DNA of 64,000 bases from an uncultured Candidatus Binatia bacterium (GTDB lineage: Bacteria > Desulfobacterota > Binatia > UBA9968 > JAJDTQ01), in NCBI GenBank assembly GCA_965242525.1, contig OZ251459.1, positions 256,001 to 320,000 on the forward strand, written 5' to 3'. Positions within the stretch are counted from its first letter, which is position 1; every line of letters begins with the position of its first letter. Both the position numbers and the translations under genes were made by a program. Under the pieces are notes generated by a model, which worked only from the letters and a program-made list of their open reading frames with translations, had not been told where the DNA came from and searched no databases. Shown here one piece after another: positions 54,451 to 64,000 of this stretch.

Positions 54451-56013
54451 TTGGTTACATGGTCTTCTTTGGTTCTGGGCGTTGTTCTGGGTTGCCTGCT
54501 GACCGTCGTCGTGCTCCTGGTCCGAAGGAAGCAGCGCCAAGTCCAGAGGGAACTCGATCGGAACACCGCCGCGCGCATCCTGGACGAGGCGCGGAGGGAG
54601 GCCGACGCGATTCGGAAAGAGGCCGAGATACGGGCCAGGGACGAGGCGTTGCTCGCCCGCTCCGAGTTCGAGAACGACATGCGGGAGACCCGCAAGGACC
54701 TGCAGACCCTGGAGCGGAGGCTGCTGACCCGGGAGGAGGTCCTGGACAAACGTCTGGAGAGCATCGAGAAGCGCGAGGACGGCCTGACCCATCGGGAAGG
54801 AGCCATCGAGAAGAAACGGCAGTCGGTGGACGAGATGGAGTCGGAGGCCCGGCGTCTGGTGGACGAGGCGAAGCGCCAGCTCGAGACGGTGGCCGGGACC
54901 AGCCGCGAGGAGGCGAAGAAGAGCCTGATGGACGAGATGGTCGAGGAGGCGCGGTACGATTCCGCCAGACGCATCCGCGTCATGGAAGAGCAGGCCAAGG
55001 CGGAGGCGGACCGGGAAGCCAAGAAGGTGATCGCCCTGGCCATCGCCCGGTTGGCGGGGGACTTCGTCACCGAGCGGACGGTATCGGTGGTGTCCCTCCC
55101 CAACGACGAGATGAAGGGGCGGATCATCGGCCGCGAGGGTCGCAACATCCGGGCCCTGGAGGCGGCCACCGGCATCGACCTGATCGTGGACGATACCCCG
55201 GAGTCCGTGATCATCTCGGGCCACAACCCCATCCGCCGGGAGATCGCCCGCCTTTCCCTGGAGACGCTCATCTCCGACGGCCGCATACACCCGGGACGCA
55301 TCGAGGACGTGGTCCGGCGGTCCGAGCGCGAGATCGACGAGGTCATCAAGGAAGCCGGACAGAAGGCGGTGTTCGACGTGGGCGTCCATGGCGTCCATCC
55401 CGAGCTCGTGAAGCTGCTGGGGAGGCTGAAGTTCCGGTACAGCTATGCCCAGAACGTCCTGCTGCACTCCATCGAGATGGCGTTCCTCTGCGGCGCCATG
55501 GCCGCGGAGCTGGGCCTGAACGAGAAGCAGGCCCGCAGGGCGGCGCTGCTCCACGACATCGGGAAGGCGGTGGACCACGAGGTGGAAGGGTCCCACGCCA
55601 TCATCGGCGGCGAGTTGGCGAGGAAGTACGGCGAGTCGCCCAAGATCGTCAACGCCATCGCCGCCCACCACGAGGAGATCCGGGCGGAGACCATCCTGGC
55701 GCCGCTGGTGGACGCCGCGGACGCCCTTTCCGGGGCTCGTCCGGGGGCGCGCCGGGAGATGCTGGAGACCTACGTCCGGCGTCTCGAAGAGCTGGAGAGG
55801 ATCAGCAACTCCTTTGAGGGAGTGGAGAAGTCCTACGCGGTGCAGGCGGGGCGGGAGCTCAGGATCATCGTCCAGGCGGCGCAGGTTTCCGACGACGAGG
55901 CCGCGTCCATGGCCCGGGCGGTGGCGAAGAAGGTGGAGAACGAGATGGCCTACCCGGGCCAGATCAAGGTGACGGTCATCCGGGAGACCCGGGCCGTCGA
56001 ATACGCGCACTAG
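54451..56013 (+). CDS. rny: Ribonuclease Y
   Basis: N-terminal TM helix, coiled coil, KH domain ([13 protein letters not shown]), HD domain (LLHDIGK) and SGARPGAR. Confidence 0.97.
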   Translation: MVTWSSLVLGVVLGCLLTVVVLLVRRKQRQVQRELDRNTAARILDEARREADAIRKEAEIRARDEALLARSEFENDMRETRKDLQTLERRLLTREEVLDKRLESIEKREDGLTHREGAIEKKRQSVDEMESEARRLVDEAKRQLETVAGTSREEAKKSLMDEMVEEARYDSARRIRVMEEQAKAEADREAKKVIALAIARLAGDFVTERTVSVVSLPNDEMKGRIIGREGRNIRALEAATGIDLIVDDTPESVIISGHNPIRREIARLSLETLISDGRIHPGRIEDVVRRSEREIDEVIKEAGQKAVFDVGVHGVHPELVKLLGRLKFRYSYAQNVLLHSIEMAFLCGAMAAELGLNEKQARRAALLHDIGKAVDHEVEGSHAIIGGELARKYGESPKIVNAIAAHHEEIRAETILAPLVDAADALSGARPGARREMLETYVRRLEELERISNSFEGVEKSYAVQAGRELRIIVQAAQVSDDEAASMARAVAKKVENEMAYPGQIKVTVIRETRAVEYAH

Positions 56014-56044
56014 CGGAGTCCCTTCGCGGGAACGGCTTGCCGGC

Positions 56045-57286
56045 ATGGACATGAGCCCCACAGAGCAGTTGAGACTCCTGAAGCGCGGAGCGGTGGAGAT
56101 CCTCTCCGAGGACGAGCTCCTGAAGAAACTGGAGAGGGGGACGCCCTTGCGGGTCAAGGCGGGCTTCGACCCCACGGCGCCGGACCTGCACCTGGGCCAC
56201 ACCGTGCTGATCCAGAAGATGAAGCAGTTCCAGGACCTGGGGCACCAGGTGGTCTTCCTCATCGGCGATTTCACCGGCATGATCGGGGACCCTTCGGGCA
56301 AGTCGGAGACGCGCAGGCAGCTCGGTCGGGACGAAGTCCTGGAGAACGCCGCCACCTACAGGGAGCAGATCTTCAAGATCCTGGACCCGGAGGCGACCAT
56401 CATCGACTTCAACAGCCGATGGATGGAGGAGCTGGGGGCGGACGGGTTGCTGGAGCTGAGCGGCAAATACACGGTGGCCCGGATGTTGGAGAGGGACGAC
56501 TTCAAGAAACGGCACCACGCGCGGGAGCCCATCGGCATCCACGAGTTCCTGTATCCGCTGGTCCAGGGGTACGACTCGGTGGTGCTCGAAGCCGACGTGG
56601 AGCTGGGCGGGACGGACCAGAAATTCAACCTGCTGGTGGGGCGCGAGCTCCAGCGGGAGGCCGGCATGGAGCCCCAGGTGGTCTGCATGATGCCGTTGCT
56701 GGAGGGCACCGACGGCGTCCAGAAGATGAGCAAGAGCCTGGACAACCACATCGGCATTGCCGCGCCTCCCGAAGAGATGTACGGCAGGGCCATGTCCATC
56801 TCCGACGAGTTGATGTGGCGCTACCTGGAGCTCCTCAGCGGCCGTTCGCTGGAGGACATCGCCGGCGACAGGGCCGCGGTGGCCCAAGGCTCGCTGCACC
56901 CAATGGAGGTCAAGAAGTCCCTGGCCGCGGAGATCGTGGAGCGTTTCCACGGGAGCGACGCGGCCCGGTCCGCCCAGGACTACTTCGAGACGCGGCACCA
57001 GCGGCGAGGCATCCCCCGGGACATCCGCAAGGGCTTTTCGCCGCCGGACCGGGTCCGGGTCTGCGAGTTGCTGGTGGACCTGGAGTTCGCGCGCTCCCGG
57101 AGCGACGCCCGGCGGCTGGTGGCCCAGCGCGCGGTGCGGGTGGACGGCGCGGTGGTGGACGACCCCAACTTCGAGTTCCGGCGGGACGCCCATCGCGTGG
57201 TGGAGGTGGGGAAGAGCCGGATCGCCCGGGTGGAGCAGCCGAAACTTTTTGCGGGGGCTGTTGACACCGCCCGGTCTTTGCGCTAA
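56045..57286 (+). CDS. tyrS: Tyrosine--tRNA ligase
   Basis: [13 protein letters not shown] (HIGH), GGTDQKFN and KMSKS; C-terminal S4-like domain. Confidence 0.97.
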   Translation: MDMSPTEQLRLLKRGAVEILSEDELLKKLERGTPLRVKAGFDPTAPDLHLGHTVLIQKMKQFQDLGHQVVFLIGDFTGMIGDPSGKSETRRQLGRDEVLENAATYREQIFKILDPEATIIDFNSRWMEELGADGLLELSGKYTVARMLERDDFKKRHHAREPIGIHEFLYPLVQGYDSVVLEADVELGGTDQKFNLLVGRELQREAGMEPQVVCMMPLLEGTDGVQKMSKSLDNHIGIAAPPEEMYGRAMSISDELMWRYLELLSGRSLEDIAGDRAAVAQGSLHPMEVKKSLAAEIVERFHGSDAARSAQDYFETRHQRRGIPRDIRKGFSPPDRVRVCELLVDLEFARSRSDARRLVAQRAVRVDGAVVDDPNFEFRRDAHRVVEVGKSRIARVEQPKLFAGAVDTARSLR

Positions 57287-57290
57287 AGGT
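57261..57290 (+). promoter_or_regulatory. rRNA operon promoter overlapping the end of tyrS
   Basis: TTGACA (57261), 17 nt, TAAAGG(T); boxA-like GTCTTTGAAAAC at 57321-57332. Confidence 0.65.
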
Positions 57291-57443
57291 TTTCCTCTGC
57301 CGTTGGGCAGGGAAGCTTCGGTCTTTGAAAACTGGATAGTAGCGCTGCCCCAGACCATGGGGCAGAAAGGTTCAGGGCTCTCGCTTTGTCGCCGCGGTGC
57401 CGTTGCTTTTCGAGCAAGAGGACCGCGTCAAGCGGCAAAGCCT

Positions 57444-59010
<1,567 letters not shown>

Positions 59011-59192
59011 TCCCGCGCCGAAAGGCGGGGGAAATCCAGGTCAATGCACGGCCTTCTTTGGAGGCCGCGCTTCCGTGCACGGCGACGACGGCGAACCCTG
59101 AACCGCTGCTATCCAGTTCTGAGAGACCGAGGCTTCCCGCCGGTTGCGCAAGCCGGGCGGACTCGAGCGCTCGGCGGTGTTGCTGAACGGAG

Positions 59193-59269
<77 letters not shown>

Positions 59270-59296
59270 CAAGCCGGAAGGCGGCGAACGACGTAA

Positions 59297-59372
59297 GGGG
59301 CTGTAGCTCAGTTGGGAGAGCGCCGGTTTTGCACGCCGGAGGTCGTCGGTTCGAACCCGATCAGCTCCACCA
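59297..59372 (+). tRNA. tRNA-Ala(TGC)
   Basis: GGGGCTGTAGCTCAG...TTTGCAC...TTCGAAC...CTCCACCA. Confidence 0.97.
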
Positions 59373-59532
59373 TCCGCGAAGCAATGAGTAGCCAGGAACC
59401 ACGACGACTGCGGGTTCCCGGCTAGTCACTGCTTGTGACTCGACCCCCCGGGCGTCGGCCCGGAGGGAGCGTTCCTTGACAACTGAAGACAGGTAGAAAC
59501 TGCAATTTTTGCTGAGTAGCAGTGGCGAATAT

Positions 59533-62547
<3,015 letters not shown>

Positions 62548-62639
62548 TATTCACCATTGCTACTCCGTGCAGGTTCTGCCTTTCTTCGGTTCACGGACAG
62601 GAGCCGCGCCGGAACCCGGCGTAGCCCCTGTCCAGGATT

Positions 62640-62756
62640 TCTCGGTGGCGATAGCGGAGGTGTCACACCCGTTCCCATCCCGAACACGGTCGTTAAGCCC
62701 TCTGGCGCCGATGGTACTATGGGGTTCCCTCATGGGAGAGTAGGAAGCTGCCGGGA
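62640..62756 (+). rRNA. rrf: 5S rRNA
   Basis: CCCGTTCCCATCCCGAACAC, GCCGATGGTAC and GAGAGTAGG motifs. Confidence 0.97.
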
Positions 62757-62764
62757 TTTTCCAG

Positions 62765-62795
62765 AAGGCCCGATCTTTCGAGATCGGGCCTTTTT
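62765..62795 (+). terminator. Rho-independent terminator of the rRNA operon
   Basis: AAGGCCCGATCT-TTCG-AGATCGGGCCTT followed by a T-tract. Confidence 0.9.
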
Positions 62796-62831
62796 CGTAA
62801 CCGCTTGATTGTTGCGCGTGTCCGCGCAAAG

Positions 62832-64000
62832 ATGGCCGGCATGACCACCGTGGACCAGGCCGTGGAGTGGATCCTCGGGACGGTGTCGCCGCTCCCTTCC
62901 GAGAAGGTCGCGGTCGCCGAGGGTCTGGGGCGCGTGCTGTGCGAGGACGTCCGGGCGGGGCGGAACGTCCCGTCCTTCGCCAATTCCGCCATGGACGGGT
63001 TCGCGGTTCGCTGGAGCGACGTGGCCAGCGCCTCGCCGTCGCATCCCGCGTCCCTCGAGATCCGGGGAGAAGTCGCTGCCGGCGCGGTCTCCCGCAAGCG
63101 TGTCCTTCCGGGCGCCGCGGTCAGGATCATGACCGGGGCGCCGATCCCTGCGGGGGCCGACTCCGTCGTTCGAGTCGAGCATACCGAGACGCACGGCGAG
63201 CGGGTGGCGGTGTCCCGCACCGACGGCAAGGGCAGCCATATCCGCCCGGCCGGGGAGGACGTCCGCAAGGGCCAATTGGTGCTGGAGCGCGGCCGGGTAC
63301 TGGGCGCCGCGGACGTGGGGCTCCTGGCGTCCCTGGGCAAGGCCGCGGTGCGCGTGCGCCGGCGGCCCGCGGTGGCCATCGTCGCCACGGGCGACGAGCT
63401 CATCGGGGCGGAGGACAGGCCCGGTCCGGGAAAGGTCGTCAACAGCAACGCTTATACCCTGTCGTGCGCGCTTCGGGAGATCGGCGCCGTCCCCAGGTCC
63501 TTCGGAGTCGTGCCCGACGACCGCAGCCTGCTGGCGGCCGCCTTCAGGGAGGCGCTGGCCTGCGACGCGCTGGTTACGTCGGGCGGCGTCTCGGTGGGCT
63601 CCCACGACTACGTGAAGGACGCCCTCGCGGACGCCGGCGTGCGCATGCGCTTCTGGAAGGTGGCCCAGCGGCCCGGCCACCCCATGGCTTTCGGCCGCAG
63701 CGGGCGCAAGCCGGTCTTCGGGCTTCCCGGCAACCCCGTCTCCTCCCTGGTGTCCTTCCTCCTCTACGTCCGGCCCGCGTTGCTCAAGATGATGGGCCGC
63801 GAGAACCTGTTCCTGCCCGTGGTGCGCGCGAAGATGGCCCACGACGTCAGGACGGCGCCGAACCTGAAGGAGTTCATACGGTGTCGCCTGACGGAAGAGG
63901 ACGGGCGATTCCTCGCGTCCAGCACCGGGACCCAGAGCTCGGGCGTGCTGCGCTCCCTGTCGCTGGCCCACGGGCTCATCGTCGCGCGCGAGGAGCAGAC
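62832..64000 (+). CDS. moeA: Molybdopterin molybdotransferase MoeA, 3'-truncated by the window edge
   Basis: Absent from the ORF track; manual translation gives GRVLCED, NSAMDGFAV, IMTGAPIP, ATGDEL, TSGGVSVG, PGHP, GLPGNPVS and QSSG. Confidence 0.95.
   Translation, partial: MAGMTTVDQAVEWILGTVSPLPSEKVAVAEGLGRVLCEDVRAGRNVPSFANSAMDGFAVRWSDVASASPSHPASLEIRGEVAAGAVSRKRVLPGAAVRIMTGAPIPAGADSVVRVEHTETHGERVAVSRTDGKGSHIRPAGEDVRKGQLVLERGRVLGAADVGLLASLGKAAVRVRRRPAVAIVATGDELIGAEDRPGPGKVVNSNAYTLSCALREIGAVPRSFGVVPDDRSLLAAAFREALACDALVTSGGVSVGSHDYVKDALADAGVRMRFWKVAQRPGHPMAFGRSGRKPVFGLPGNPVSSLVSFLLYVRPALLKMMGRENLFLPVVRAKMAHDVRTAPNLKEFIRCRLTEEDGRFLASSTGTQSSGVLRSLSLAHGLIVAREEQ

Noticed and set aside
48446-56355. 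Long antisense ORFs opposite smc and rny (1252 aa, 896 aa, and similar ones across the window)
   Set aside because: They are typical stop-poor reverse frames of GC3-rich genes and have no recognisable motifs.

Overview
High-GC bacterial chromosomal window with no prophage, intact transposase or CRISPR array. The 16S sequence and the smc-ftsY-zapB-zapA-fau-rny-tyrS gene order suggest a former-'Deltaproteobacteria' lineage, possibly Binatia-like; this was not checked by a search. The left ~43 kb is mostly accessory catabolism: two xanthine-dehydrogenase-family Mo subunits, an SDR, TRAP, NitT/TauT ABC and MFS transporters, amidohydrolases, a cyclase, a creatininase, and an LLM / hydantoinase-B+gamma fusion / CoA-transferase operon. 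It also holds two low-GC islets (a lipoprotein, and an orphan Dam-type methylase with a probable endonuclease fragment) and a long repeat-built coiled-coil lipoprotein. The right ~21 kb is core genome: phoU-phoB-phoR, rng, HNH, smc, ftsY, zapB/zapA, fau, rny, tyrS, a full rRNA operon with tRNA-Ile and tRNA-Ala, and a truncated moeA. The best leads are (1) a dispersed composite REP/MITE-like element whose ends coincide with TAG stop codons, (2) tandem NrdR-like boxes before smc, (3) the carboxylase alpha-gamma fusion operon lacking its ATPase subunit, (4) the doubly membrane-anchored coiled coil, (5) the decayed R-M islet, (6) a sensor-less FleQ-like activator with a sigma54 promoter and a palindromic enhancer, and (7) no room for 6S RNA at its usual locus. 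All assignments come from motif recognition by eye; no searches were run.
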